Assembly: GCF_018350175.1 (NCBI RefSeq)
Contig: NC_058368.1
Span: 104,968,001 to 105,032,000 of the forward strand
Source of the DNA: Felis catus
Lineage: Eukaryota
Direction: 5' to 3'
Length of the DNA stretch: 64,000 nucleotides
Positions within the stretch are counted from its first letter, which is position 1. The number at the start of each line of letters is the position of its first letter. The notes beneath the pieces were generated by a model that worked only from the letters and a program-made list of their open reading frames with translations, did no database searches and was not told where the DNA came from. This document shows, one piece after another, positions 25,805 through 38,917 of the stretch. A program made the position numbers and the translations under genes.

Positions 25805-25990
25805 TCAGGGAGCACCCAGTTCCAATTAAGCCTAGGCACTTTACGTACATGAAGTAATTTAGTCTTCACCTGGCAGGGAAGTACTATCTCCATTCTACGT
25901 GGAACAACTGAGGTTCAAAAAGTTCAAGTATTTACCTAAGGGCACACAGCTATTAAGTGACAGCAAGACTCAAACCCTGTCCTGTCTGGT
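25805..25990 (-). mobile_element. MIR relic
   Basis: ccattctacgtggaacaactgaggttca...cctaagggcacacagcta. Confidence 0.8.
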
Positions 25991-26124
25991 GTGTGGAATG
26001 TCATACTCCTATTTTGACTGGTGAGAAATGGATAAAACGATGCTCATGTTCAAAATTGTGTAGTATCTTATACAACATATATACAATAGGTTTATATACA
26101 TATATACCTAGCTAAAGACAAAAC

Positions 26125-26460
26125 AACAGATGGGTGGTTGCCAGACGCAGGAGGTGGGGGTGGGGTGGGAGGGTGAAAGGGCTGAAGATCGTCAAAAGGT
26201 ACAAACTTCCAGTTATAAAGTAATGGGGATATCATGTGTCACATCATGACTGTCACCGTGTTTTGCGTATTTCAAAGTTGCCAATACGTCTTAAAAGTTC
26301 TCATCACCAGGGGAAAGGTTTTTTAACTCCATTCGTGACAGGTGTTAGCAACAGTTATTGTAGGGATCCTTACACAATATACAAACATTGCATTATGATG
26401 TTATACCCCAGAAACCAATAAAATGTTCTATGTCCTTTTTATCCCAAAAACAAAACAAAA
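26125..26460 (+). mobile_element. L1MA-type 3' end fragment
   Basis: ggtggttgccaga...caaaaggtacaaacttccagttataa...cttaaaagttctcatcac. Confidence 0.85.
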
Positions 26461-26468
26461 TCAAAAAG

Positions 26469-26672
26469 TGGGGCACCTGGAAGGCTCAGTCAGTTAAGCG
26501 TCTGACTTCAGCTCAGGTCATCATCTTGCAATTTGTGGGTCTGAGCCCCGCATTACTCTCTGTGCTGACAGGACAGAGCTTGGAGTCTGATTCTGTGTCT
26601 CCTCTCTCTGCCCTTCCCCTGCTCACCCTGTGTCTCTGTCCCTCTCTCTCAAAAATAAACATTAAATTAAAA
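26469..26672 (+). mobile_element. CanSINE
   Basis: SINE head, linker and tail. Confidence 0.92.
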
Positions 26673-29020
26673 ACTACATTTTATGCAGATTTTGCGCACT
26701 GTATTTTATATAATAAGGAAATCAGTTTTTAAATTAAAATGTAGAATTTTGCTCTGGAGGAGGTCAAAGTAGAGATAAATGCATAAGCAAGTGGCATAAG
26801 CAAGATTCCTGTGAGCAGTGCTGCTGTCCAAGCAGATGGTGTGAGATCATGGGCAGGAGCCATTGGGATACTGGGATGCTTCCTGGAGAGGACATGTGCA
26901 GGACACAAAGGATGGCCAGTGGTCTGTAGAGCTCTGCACCGAGGGCCAAGCCTGTGTGAGCACAGCAAGATGAGGAGGGGAAAGGTGAGAAGCCAATGAA
27001 GAAGTAAGGGGGGGGGGTCATTTCATTTTGTTGTACTTTCTCCTAAGTTCACCAGATAATACATTTTTGAGACAAACCAGTTAGTAGCCGTGTAAAAAAA
27101 GTCAGTGGGTGGGGGAGAAGATACCCAACTTGGGAGACATAAAAAAATTCACAATGGGAAATGACCAAGGCCTGAACTGAGGCGCAGTGTCCAGGACAGA
27201 TGAATGGGGGACGAAAGATGTCAACTCAGGAGGAATGTGGGCTCTGCCCTGGAGACAGGTGGGTACCAGCGATACAGATGATCCTCCAGGCCTAAGAGCC
27301 ATTTGTATGGGAACAAAGACCGGACAGCAAATAGCTATGTAGGGATACTTAGGTGGATATTAGCTCTGGTCTTCTGCTGGCTTGAAGGTATTTCAGCTCA
27401 CAAGAGGTCTGTGTTCTATTCTGGCTAGAGATAGTGCAATGTTTGAGTTATGTCCCCTTATTCCACCATTTCTCAGTGCCAAGAGCAACTGTGTGATTTT
27501 TAGAGCTTATTTCAATGATCAGAGACCACCTCGAAAACCTGTTTCCAGCTAGGAAGTCTCCCAGCGATACCAGGCAGAACAGCGTCTTCATCTGGGGACC
27601 CTTATCTTGTAAACCCAAGGATGCCCGCTGGCATTTGCCTTCTGAATTACAAAGGCACTCCAAAGCACCTTCTTGCCTTAGAGCTTCTTCATTTTCTCTT
27701 CCCTCCCTGTAAATCTGGGGTAGGATAAATTAGGAAGAGTGGATTTCTTCAAGCTTCAAAAGGAGAGGCTACAATGGCTGGAGATCACTCCCCGTCACTA
27801 GAGGGCACCAGCTGCATGTAGAATGTCTAAGCGTTCCCGTGCCAAGCTTTCTTCAAATACAACAATACGTCACATTAAAACAAGGCTCATAATGAGGTAG
27901 CTCTCCCACTACCCCATCCTTATTCGCTTCATTTCTGCTACTGAGGTTACAGTGTTTTCAGATTTTTCTTTTAATTCAGCAATCTAATAATACGGATGGG
28001 AGATACGAAGAAGGTATGTTTTTCACAGACTTGCATGCCTACACAGTCTATGCTATCCCTTACCTGCCTCTTCTGTGCTAGATAACGAGTGAAAACCATC
28101 AACTTTGCACATGGCTTTACTACAAATTCTGCAACCAAAGGGTTGGTGTGACAAGAATGTCTCTCCTGGACAGCAACACGGCAAAATGAAATTCCCCACT
28201 TTACGCATTACAGCACAGATGTCTCCAGGAAACCAAGATGACGGGTTCTTCCACGGAGATTTAGCAAAACTGCCCCGACATTTCATTTATGTTACTCTGT
28301 GAGTGACTGCACAGAAATACAGCGGCCCAAGCAAGCTGCTAACGGTCTAGTTTCCTTCTCCCGGCTTTGCCTCAGGAGGCTGACCCTTGTGTCAAGACTG
28401 CTTCAGTTCATTCAAGCAAAATTGGCTCATTGTTTTATCTGTGATGTTTTCCCTAACACGGAGTCTTGCATTTTTTAGGAGGGGGGAAGGAAGTGAGCAT
28501 TTACTACAAAACGATTTGATTCTGTTGAGTGCTGACAGGTCCTCTGTACTGAAAAGAATTGCAAGGACCTGGCCTAGCCTGGGCACATCCATTATCAGGT
28601 CAGGTGTAAGTGCCCTCTGGTGAGAGAGAACGGGCTGTGGGAGCCCTCCGTTAGGGGCTTCACGGCAGCTTCTGTGCATACAGAAGCCTTGTCAGGCGGC
28701 ATCTTTAATCACAGAGTGCTTTGTGCTTTATCCTCTAAAAATGGAAACGAAACCACTGGCTTCTCAATAGAGTGTGTGAGGCTTGATTGATGGGCTAAGT
28801 GAACCCAGGAGAAAGAAATTAGCCCAAGTAGAAGGCAAAAGAGGGATTAAGAAGTAGGAGATTTTCTTGCCCTTTGAATCCTCATTTCTTTTCCAGGACG
28901 GAAGCAAACGAGTTGAAGGGGCCTCACACTATCAGGGCGGGGGTGGCTGGAGGACAGGGTAACATCACATGCTGAGAAACCACTCAGTGCCTGACACTGA
29001 GCTAGGCTTAAAAAACATTC

Positions 29021-29229
29021 TTTTTTTTTTTTTAACGTTTATTTGTTTTTGAGAGACTGGGAGAGAAAAGGGAAGGGTCAGAGAGAGAAGGAGACACAGA
29101 ATCTGAAGGAGGCTCCAGGCTCCGAGCTGTGAACACAAAGCCCGACATGGGGCTTGAACCCACAAGCCGAAAGATCGTGACCTGAGCCGAAGTCGGACGC
29201 TTAGCCGCCTGAGCCTCCCAGGCATCCCA
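29021..29229 (-). mobile_element. CanSINE
   Basis: Reverse SINE body. Confidence 0.93.
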
Positions 29230-29249
29230 GAGCTAGGTTGGGTATCAAC

Positions 29250-29545
29250 TCAACCCTCTTAGAAAGGTAAAATATGATTCCTACTTTATAGAGAAAGAAA
29301 TGAGACTAGATGGATTTTCAAAAACTGTCCCCGGTCATCATGCTCATTTTAAGAACGAAGAGGATAATAAATAACAGCCAGCACTGACCACGTACATACT
29401 CTGTACCAGGTACCACCCTCCGCTCTGATTTTCACAACACCACATGGGAGATTTTATCGCACCCATTTTGTAGAGGGGAAACCTGAGGCTGCAAGGAGGG
29501 AGGTCACTTACCCAAGTACACCACCACCTCCGTCTGACTCAGCCC
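29250..29545 (-). mobile_element. Two MIR relics
   Basis: ctactttatagagaaagaaatgagact and cccattttgtagaggggaaacctgaggct cores. Confidence 0.7.
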
Positions 29546-29761
29546 TGCTGGCACCCTCAGGCATGCTCCCGGCTGTACCGGCTCTTTCTACAATTAAAAA
29601 CAACCCCACCCCCAACCCCGCCAAAAAAAAAAAAAAAATCCTGATAAACGAATTCACAGGCATACGCTACAAAAACTGTTTAAGTGAGATACACCATGAA
29701 TATAACTTGTCAGGGGTCTGGCAAATACGCAGCCCCCTGCTTCTAGCCACGCAAAAGACTC

Positions 29762-30199
29762 TGTGACCAAACACAAGTAGAAAATTTAGCATGCTTTATC
29801 TTCCACTTAGAGATTCCTATCCCTACCATAAGAAATCCGGGGACACAGAAGAAACTTTCTTGCTTAAGTGGGGTTGAGCCCCTCCCTACGGAATGTGGTG
29901 GAGACCTCCTCCGAACAAAGGAAAGCGATGGGGTCCAATCAACTCCTATACACGTCCCCCGTAGCTCTGACCCCAGTCTGCACCTTGGAATGTGTCCAAT
30001 CAGACTATACGTCACCATATATGGGAGACAAAGAAGTAGAAATTGCATAAAAGGCTACACCCGGCTGTGCTCAGGGCTCAGTTTTTAAGGTACGACCCCT
30101 CCCCCCCGCCCTTGACCCCATGCCAGCATGATGAATAAAGTAGCTTCCTGGACAGAAAAGCCTCCGTGTCCCGTCCCTCTGTGGGAGAGCCCTGCTACA
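29762..30199 (+). mobile_element. Solo ERV LTR
   Basis: TGT...ACA ends; CCAAT at 29935 and 29996; TATA-like cataaaa at 30046; AATAAA at 30134; about 440 bp; TSD not evident. Confidence 0.75.
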
Positions 30200-30449
30200 G
30201 AAGGACAGCACCTTTTACTTACTGGCACCAACCATGCCTCAGCGACGTCACCTCGCGCCTCAACCTCATCTGCGACACGGCTTAGCCCACGAAAAACCAG
30301 CCCGATCAGGTTCCCCATAAGCAGCGGGGTAATTGCTACCATCATCTGCACCTGTAAACGAGGCTTTCTGAGCACTTGGGCGATGCGTGGGCGGCGGCAT
30401 TCAAGGTCGTGGGCCAGGCTTCCCGAGGCCCTTTGCACGAGTGAAAGTG

Positions 30450-30620
30450 TGGTTGGAGAAAAGATGTCGCTTTTCAGTCAGACACTTATGGGCCGTGGGC
30501 TGCTTAAACTTTCTGTGCTTCACTTTCCTCATGGTAAGATGACGCTACAAGAGTCCCTTTCTGATAGTCTGGAGAAGATCAGGGGAGAAACAGCGCAACA
30601 GGTGCGAGCTGTTATTGTTA
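30450..30620 (+). mobile_element. MIR relic
   Basis: gcttaaactttctgtgcttcactttcctcatggtaagatg. Confidence 0.6.
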
Positions 30621-31987
30621 GAAGACCAAGGGAGAGCACCTGCCCAACCGAGGGTGTGACGCTCCTGGGGAGAAAGCTAACTTCCCTAAATGCGTCTGAG
30701 AAGCCATTCTGGTTAAGAGTTAGATTTTCTTCCCTATAAAGTTTATTTGGATGAAATCATATTATCATGGGATAAAGTATGATGAAGCAACGAAGGAAGG
30801 AATTGACTACTATGGAGGAGAAGGAATGAGGTTTCTGGCAAAAAAGCAGACGGCGCCCTTCCCTTTGGAATAGCCAGTCTGTGAAGCCACATCAGATCCT
30901 GTCTGTTGAAAGGCCCCAGGCTGCCTGGGAAGGTGTGCAGGGGACGCAGGCCAAGTGATGACAGCGGGGGTGTCGAGGAGAAAGTGGGGTCCGTATAAGG
31001 GACGCTGTGTATTAATATATCAAGATTCCACATAATCCTTTAAATAAACACAACCTGTTTCCATTTGAGTAACTGTCTTATTCCATAAATGTTTAATCTG
31101 AAGAAATAATAGATATTTCTCTGGAAAAGTACGGAGTAATCACACGCCTCTTCCTTGATTTCTCGGACCAGGTTCCCTTCCTGGGAACCGCACTCCTGCC
31201 TGGTGGAAGATGGGGCAGGAAGGTCTTCAGATGTCAAGCCCGGGGTAGCGGAGTGGGACAGTGGGTGAGGGCAAGAATAAGATGGGGAAGGGGAGAGAAT
31301 GGCATTTAGAAGGGCAGAGAAGCTGCTTTTCTCAACACTGTTCAAGATACTCCCCATTCCCAGAGGCTAATCAAGTCCTAGAAGGGGGAGGGGGAGATAG
31401 AGAACCCGCCACCAATAAAACTTAGCGTATGAAGTACAGAATGAAAAGAAAGAACATCTGTTCGTGTGTGTGCGTGCGTTTTTGTATGAAAAACAGAAAA
31501 AGTATTCTCTGCACATTAGTAGGTGGTGTAGCTTTTTAGATGCGGTTGGGCATATTAGTCATTCAGAGGACTCTGACATCTGTTGGCACGTCATAAATTG
31601 CATTAGTTACTTTTTGATTTCTACTAAAAGTGAGTTCACTGGAAGCATGGCAGGTCAGACTGAGCCAAGGGAAGGAATCCTTATAGTTGTTGAATAACAC
31701 ATGGAAAACTCTCATCTCAAAGCAGGAGCTCAATAAATGTTAGTATATTTCTGTTTCCCTTTCTTTCCTAAAAAAGGATGAAAAAGAAAAGAGCGGGTAG
31801 GTGGGAGAAGAGGGAGAAGAAGGAGGAAGGAAGAAAGGAAGCTAAAGAGAGAAAGGAAGATAATTTTCCCCCAAAAGACTATGGCAGCTGAGATCTGGAG
31901 GAAGTTTGTGTGTTTAAGTATTGATGAAACATGTCAGGGAATTTTCCACAGTATGTCCTATTAGTAAAATCCCATAATGTAAGGAGT

Positions 31988-32037
31988 CTTCCTTCCTTCC
32001 TTCCTTCCTTCCTTCCTTCCTTCCTTCCTTCCTTCCT

Positions 32038-32085
<48 letters not shown>
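31988..32085. repeat. (CTTC)n(TTTC)n compound microsatellite
   Basis: Directly visible. Confidence 0.95.
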
Positions 32086-33049
32086 TTTGTATTAGACTTC
32101 AGATTCAACTCACTATATAATTGCGTATCTCAGAGATAGGACCACAAATCAGATTAGATGTTTCTTCCACTGCTTGTTTCTTTTCTGAGCATTTGTTGTA
32201 AAGGAAAAGAGAATTTAGCAGCAGTTGTGTATTGTCCCTTTAAAAACTAATCTTTGATATCAGGCTGCAATCATCTTGTTGACCTTGGTTGGACCATATG
32301 ATTCTCTTGAAGTCCAAAGGCTTGAATGGATCTCTTTGTGTGCTCAGCCCTCCTCCAGGCCAACCCTGCACCGGGTTTTGTTTTGGCATGCTGAAGAGAA
32401 AGCCATAGACAAGTAGGTTTTGATTTACAGATACACATAAGGAGATGTGATTTCCTTTCCAGGAAAAGGGCGTGATGGGCTAATGTGCTTTAATTTACAC
32501 ACACGGGGCTCTTTTAGAAGCCTGTATTGTAGTCAGGGCTTGCTTAGAGTGACTCTTTAAGCAGGAAGCATTGCTCCCAAATGCTTACGGGTAGACAGGA
32601 AACCTGGAAAACCCCCAAGACGAGGAGGTGGGAAGGGAAGACATGGACACAGAATTTTTGAGGCCGGGACTTCAACATCTCACTCTAAAGGGTTCATAAC
32701 TTTCACATGCCTCCAAATTTTATTTGGATCTGGTTTTCTTTGTTTTAGCTATTTCCTGTTTTTCAGCCACGGGTGGTCCTTTTGCCTGGAAACACTGACT
32801 CCTAGATTTTTCCTAACATGTGGTTTTCTGGGGGATAAGATTTCTGTAATAAATGAGGCGGATTTGGTCTGATCGGCCAGGTGTCAATTTTCTGGCTGTG
32901 GACATGGTTCCTATTCATCGCCTAAGCAGAAGCCATAACCTAACCATCCTCAGAGCTCAACAACATTTATGGGGGCCCCAGGACAATGACTTTTTGGTTA
33001 AGTGAACTCTACTGAGTTTAGCAAAAACCTAAATAGGTAGTACCATTTA

Positions 33050-33232
33050 CCTACCTATCTATCTATCTATCTAGAGTGCGAGCAGGGGAGAGGGGAGATG
33101 AAGACAGAGAATCCTCAACAGACTATATGCTCAGCATGGAGCCTTATTGTAGGGCTTAATCCCACGACCCTGGGACCACGACCCAAGATGAAATTAAGAG
33201 ATGCTCAACCAACTGAATCCCCTAGGCACCCC
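33050..33232 (-). mobile_element. Older CanSINE with (ATCT)n tail
   Basis: Diverged SINE body ending cctaggcacccc. Confidence 0.8.
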
Positions 33233-34096
33233 AATAGTACCTTTCAAAAGCATGAAGACTCTTCTCAAACATTCTGGTGCACGGTTGAAAGCAGTTGTAT
33301 TGGCTACATGGTGAGCCCCAAAGCCCAGGGAAACGTCTGTGTTGCTCACAGGGGTTGTTAAAGAAAAGTATCCTTTGCAGCTTTTCTAACCCTATTCTAC
33401 GCGTTTGTCCTTTGTTCCCTGACAGGCCAGAGAGACAAAGAACACCTCTGTCCTTTGTTTGGTTGGCGTCTCCTGAGTGGAGAATTTCTGCCCCCAATTT
33501 GGATCCTACACTCCATTAAGACTATTCCTGTGACCGGAAGGTGATAAAAGAAACACATTTCAAATAGTAAAAACAAGCGGGTCCAGGAAGGATCTTGCCA
33601 GCAGGTTCAAACAAATGAAAAAGCCAGGCCTCCAGTTGCTTAGTCTGGATCTGGAACAGCTGAGGGAGGAGTATCAGCGAGGCTCTGGGCAGCTGTCTCA
33701 GGCACGGCGAGCCTGGCCACGCCACTGTGCGTGTCACAGGCTGGACATGCTGGGGGGCGGGGGGCGTGCGGGGAAGGACACATGTCTAGGGCAGCTGCTT
33801 CTCCAGTGACACGGACGGCTCTTGCTTCCTTTTGTCTCATGTCATTTCCCCCCCTCCTCCCTTTTTGACACTACTTCTCCCCCTTTTCCTTTTTTTTTAC
33901 TTGGCATTTTTGTACCCTCATCTCAAAGCTCTAAGCTCCTCTCGCCTGCCATGCACCTAGTAAATACTTTCAAGTCCCCACTCTTCAGTGTTTCTCCTAC
34001 ACATCATGGCTAAGATAACAAAGGCTATCAGTTACTGAGGGCTTATCACAGGCTTTTGATCTCCCTTAGTGTTCCAGCAAACTTTGACGTGGTATA

Positions 34097-34450
34097 CTAA
34101 TCAGGATAGGCTAACCGCTGCAGTATGTAGTCCCAGAATTGCAGCCAGGGTGTTTCTTGCTCTCGTGCAGTGTCTGGAGCTATGCTCGTGACTGCACGGC
34201 TCTCGTGAGTGCCGTCCTTGAAGCAGTGAGCAGAGGGTTGCAATGCACCTCCACTTTCCTGAAGTCTTTTGCATAGAAGGGAGGGAGTAAGTGAGAGATC
34301 ATAGGGGGGCTTTAGGGGCCAGGTCTCTGAGTGGGATTCCATCACTTCCTCCGCATTGTATTGGCCACAATCTGACATAGGGTCCCCTCTCCCCGCAGCT
34401 ATAGGAGAACCGTGAAGTACAGGATGAGGACGAAACTCTGTGGTGGGTGT
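34097..34450 (-). mobile_element. Old MaLR LTR (MLT1J/K-like) splitting a MIR
   Basis: tcaggataggcta...ccatcacttcctccgcattgtattggcca; MIR halves at about 34015-34095 and 34455-34600. Confidence 0.6.
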
Positions 34451-35166
34451 GGCAGGGTCCCTACGAGTAGGTGATGTCATTTCCTCCGGGTAAGGGAATT
34501 GAGGCTCGAAGATTCAGAGTCATCAGCTAATACAGGGTAAAAGCCAGATTCCAACCACATCAATAGGACTTCAGTACTACCTTCTCAACCTTGCATTCTG
34601 CTTTCTTGGCCTTCCGATAAAAAGTTACTCTCTCTTTTATCCCAACGCTTTACCTTTTACAATTTTTTACTCCCCTCCGTATCACACTGTGCTGTGCCTG
34701 TTGTAGCAGTCTGTGAAAGTCCCAGGGAGAGGGAGTGCTGTTTTTCATATCTGCACCATCAGCAGAGAGCATAATGCCTGAGACACGGTGGGGCTCAGTG
34801 TCAGAGTTTGACAAATAAAGGATAGCTGTGGTTTGTGTGCTGGCTCATGGAAAAGGCTCTGAGGTACTTCACAGTGATGGGATTATTCACTGTACAACTT
34901 TCCTAGATTAAAGTCAGGGAGTCTGGATTATTGCAATAATCACCCCCATGTAGCTATTTTCAACCCAGCCGTAAGAAGACTCATCATTTGAAAACATAAG
35001 TCAGAATGTGTATCTCTTCTCCCCAAATCTCTCCAGTGAGACACCTGCACCCAGATCTTGGGTTTTTAATACCATGCCCCAGTTAGAGGAACCAGGGTTG
35101 CTAAGAGCAGTGGGTAATTCTAGGGCTGGTATAGAGAAAATACAAGATGAGCCCGGAGTATCAAGA

Positions 35167-35373
35167 ATTTTTTTTTTTAATTTTATTGATTTATTTTGAG
35201 ACAGAGAGAGAGCACAAGCAGGATGGGGGTGGCTGGCAGAGAGAGAATCCTAAGCAGCCTCATGCTGTCAGCATGGAGCCTGACTCAGGGCTTGATCTCA
35301 CAAACCATGCGACTGTGACCTGAGCCGAAATCAAGAGTCAGGCACTTGCCTGGTTGAGCCACCACGTCACCCC
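35167..35373 (-). mobile_element. Older CanSINE
   Basis: Reverse SINE body. Confidence 0.88.
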
Positions 35374-35447
35374 TCAAGGAATCTTGTAGTACCAAGAAAA
35401 TACAACTATATCTTGTAGTACCAAAACGTAAGAATATGCTTAAAACA

Positions 35448-35685
35448 GGGGCGCCTGGGTGGCGCAGTCGGTTAAGCGTCCGACTTCACCCAGGTCACGA
35501 TCTCGCGGTCCGGGAGTTCGAGCCCCGCGTCGGGCTCTGGGATGATGATGGCTCAGAGCCTGGAGCCTGTTTCCGATTCTGTGTCTCCCTCTCTCTCTCT
35601 GCCCCTCCCCCGTTCATGCTCTGTCTCTCTCTGTCCCCAAAATAAATAAACGTTGAAAAAAAAATTAAAAAAAAAAAAAAGAAGA
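35448..35685 (+). mobile_element. Young felid CanSINE
   Basis: Perfect TSD agaatatgcttaaaaca; private GAT slippage (gatgatgatgg). Confidence 0.97.
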
Positions 35686-36557
35686 AGAATATGCTTAAAA
35701 CAAAAAAGGAAATGGAAGCATGTCAAATGGACACAGGAACTAATCTGAAAGAGTTCTCAATGTCCAAAGCCAGAAAAGTTGGAGAAACAAGAAAATAATG
35801 ACAGTATTGGATTATAATCCAAAGAACAAAATGATGATACACGAGTGTATCCTGATATCAGTAACTGAATAAATAGGGCAGAAGGGTTAAATCTTCCTTA
35901 CAGAAGAATTCCAAATAGTCAACATAGTAGGGATGAAGGAAATAGAAAATGAGCATAAGAACACTACTTGTCATAGTCAAGATCCACTGATAGATGCTAA
36001 TATTAGCAGGTAAAGCTTTAAGGAGAAGCAGGATACATCCATAGCCTCAACGTATCTGCTGCGAAATACTTATTAATTACTGTGGCAGTTTTATCATATA
36101 TTCACAAATTCTTTGATAACTCTTTACTACAGGAGCTGGAACTTAATTCCCTCGAGTGTGGGCTGAACGTAGGATTCACGTCCATTGAACAGCGTATGGA
36201 AAGGAGAAAAGAACTTCACAGTGGAGAATCCTGGCAGACACATCTTTAATCAAGTGATCAGAGTTAACACCACCGGTACTTAGCCATGGTGATATCGTGT
36301 GCCCCGTGATATATGAAAAGAAGGGCACTCACCTCCGTGGGAATCTTCTCCCAAACCTGTAATCGGTAACCTGTTTAGCTAATAGCTTTGTACCAACTTT
36401 AAATTACTTAGTTTTGATAAATGCCAGGGTAATAAAAGATGTTAATATGATCGGAAGCTGGGTAAAAAGTATATGGGGTCTTTCTGGATGATAATTGTAA
36501 TTCTTCTGGAAATCGACAATTATTTAAAAATAAAATTTTTCTAAAAATACTGAAGAT

Positions 36558-36741
36558 GAGGTGCCTGGGTGGCTCAGTCGGTTAAGCATCCAGCTCTTGA
36601 TTTCGGCTAAGGTCACGATGTTGGTCATGGGATCGAGCTCTGTGTTGGGCTCTGCACTGAGCATGGAACGTGCCTGAGATTCTCTCTCCCCCCTCTCTGT
36701 CCTTTACCTGCTCACATGTGTGTTCTCTCTCTCTAAAATAA

Positions 36742-36788
<47 letters not shown>

Positions 36789-36790
36789 AA
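36558..36790 (+). mobile_element. CanSINE with (TAAA)n tail
   Basis: SINE body plus tetranucleotide tail. Confidence 0.92.
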
Positions 36791-36809
36791 ACTGAAGAAA
36801 AAACCCCCA

Positions 36810-37229
36810 CCTCTCCATTTTATGCTAAACCAAATCCAAAGTCATTTTCATTAGCCTGCAAAGTGTGATGTGATGCCCCCCATTCCCACACTCTGTCCAT
36901 CTTCTTCTCTCATTCCCTCTGTACCTCAGACAGTTTCAGCTACCCTCTCCTTCTTCTGACCCTGGACACTCTCAGCCTGCCCTCACTTGATGCTAATTGT
37001 CCCCTTTGCAGGAAGGCTTTCCCCAAAGATACCTTCCTGGATACTTCCCTTATCTCTCAGAGATTTTTACTCACGAGAGTCAAATCATGATACCTTTTGG
37101 ATCAACCTGTATAAAAGAATACACCTGTCTAGCATACCCGATTCCTTCTCCTTTGTTGCTTTTCTCTATTGTTTTTATCATCATCTATCATTAAGTATAT
37201 TTTATTTGTGTTTTCCTTGTCTATCCCCC
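36810..37229 (+). mobile_element. L2 relic (continues at about 37686-37760)
   Basis: Pyrimidine-rich L2 3'-region motifs split by an MLT1 LTR. Confidence 0.55.
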
Positions 37230-37685
37230 TGTGGTAAGCAGAATAATGGCCCCAAAGATGTCTGCGTTCTAATCCCTGACACCTATGAATATGATAGGCT
37301 CCATGACAAAGGGGAATTAAGACTTCAGGTAGAAATAAAATGGCTAATCATCTGACCTTGAGATGGGGAGATTATCCTGGATTAGCTGGGTGGAAGAGGG
37401 AGGCAGAAAATAAATTGGAGCAACTTGATATGACTCAGTCCCTGTTTGCTGGTTTTGGAGGTGAAAAGGAGCCATGAGCCAAGGACCACGGGCAGCTTCT
37501 GGAAGCCAGAAAAGATGAGGAAACTCTTTCCTATGGCCTCCAGAAGGCCTAGCTGACATCTTGAGTTTAGTCCAGTGAGACTCACATCAGAATTCTGCTT
37601 ACAGAACTGTAAGATATGAAATTTGTGTTGTTTTAGGCTACGAAGTTTATTGTAATTTGTTACAGCAACACAGAAAACTGACTCA
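37230..37685 (+). mobile_element. MaLR solo LTR (MLT1D-like)
   Basis: tgtggtaagcagaataatggccccaaagatgtc ... gtaatttgttacagcaacacagaaaactgactca. Confidence 0.9.
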
Positions 37686-38917
37686 TCATATGAACAAAAT
37701 CACTGACTCATCCCTAATGTCCAGGTGGGACCTTGGGTCTCATGAGTGCTGTCATTTGGCCGGTGTGGAACTGATGTACAAGGCGAAGACTGGGTCATTC
37801 TCAGCCCTCTGGGGATTGGTCTGCAAGTCAGTGAGGCTCCATGAGCACAGGGAATGTCTGAGGGTGTGAATGAGCAAGGATGGGTGATGTCTGGTGTGGA
37901 GTTTCTGCCATATACTCAGAGACCTCATAGGGAAGGTGCCTACCTGTGGCATAAATGCCATCAGTGAGTCCTTGACCATTTCTTGTGTTCAAGATGCAGA
38001 ATCTCTAGTGGACTCGGAAAACACTTCCGGACCCCTCTGCCTGAGTACCACCTTTACTTTAGACAAGACAGAAATGTCTGCTTTAGACAAGACAGAAATG
38101 GTAGCCACAGCATCAGGGAACTTTATGTTTAGGGCTGACTGAGGCATTAAAGAAAGCTTACAAGCAAAAGTTGATTTATGAAGGCATTGCAAAAGCCTCT
38201 CCTGATTTTATCCAGAGTCCTTTTCAACTAGAGTCAGACCTCTGAGGGGTTGTAGATTGATGGGTGACTTTGCTTGTTTTTATTATGTAAAATAACAGAA
38301 GAGCCAGAAGCAATAAAACCAAAATACAAGAGAGCTTTATAAATAAACTAGAAATAACATATACTTGAAGGATAATGTCCTCAAGCACTTTAGAAATGAC
38401 GAAAGCGCTTAGAAATGTTTAAATGAATGACTCTGAATTCATCTGGGGATGGGGGTTTCATCATTAAATTTCTTTTCTGAGTCAGTCAGCAAAAGTTTTA
38501 ACTAGAGATAAAACGCAAATTGAACACCAAGAGCGTCCACCATAAATTGTTCATTGGTGTACTTCATTGAGCTATAAGCATGTTGTCTCAGTAGAAGATT
38601 TTGGTTTCCACATGACAAGAAAACGCGCCTCAGTGTGGCTTAAACAATAATGGGAATTTATGGGTTTATATAACCAAGACTCCCGAGGTAGGTCAGGCTT
38701 CGACAGAGTTGATCCAAAAGTTTACAACGTGGCCGGGACTGTGCATCCGTTCCCTGCAGTTATTTCCAACATTTGTTGGTCTTTCCCTTGGACTGGCTTC
38801 TCTCACTTCTACTGGTTTCCAGAGCGGTCAGATGCCTTACTCACATTTGGTAGACGGAGACACCCCAGAACTCCTATTCAAATCCCATGGCTGGGAAATC
38901 CAAGGTTTATAACAGAG

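Larger units (their letters stand above)
34900..36545 (+). mobile_element. L1MC/L1MD-type 3' region, interrupted by two SINEs
   Basis: cccagatcttgggtttttaatacc...atgtcaaatggacacagga...aaagatgttaat...tttaaaaataaaat motifs. Confidence 0.75.

Noticed and set aside
30128..30739. Longest ORF in the track (203 aa)
   Set aside because: It crosses an LTR end, unique DNA and a MIR relic, and shows no recognisable domain or splice structure
33750..33775. G-rich GC-box / G-quadruplex candidate (G6-C-G6-CGTGC-G4)
   Set aside because: Only three separable G-tracts and no surrounding CpG island
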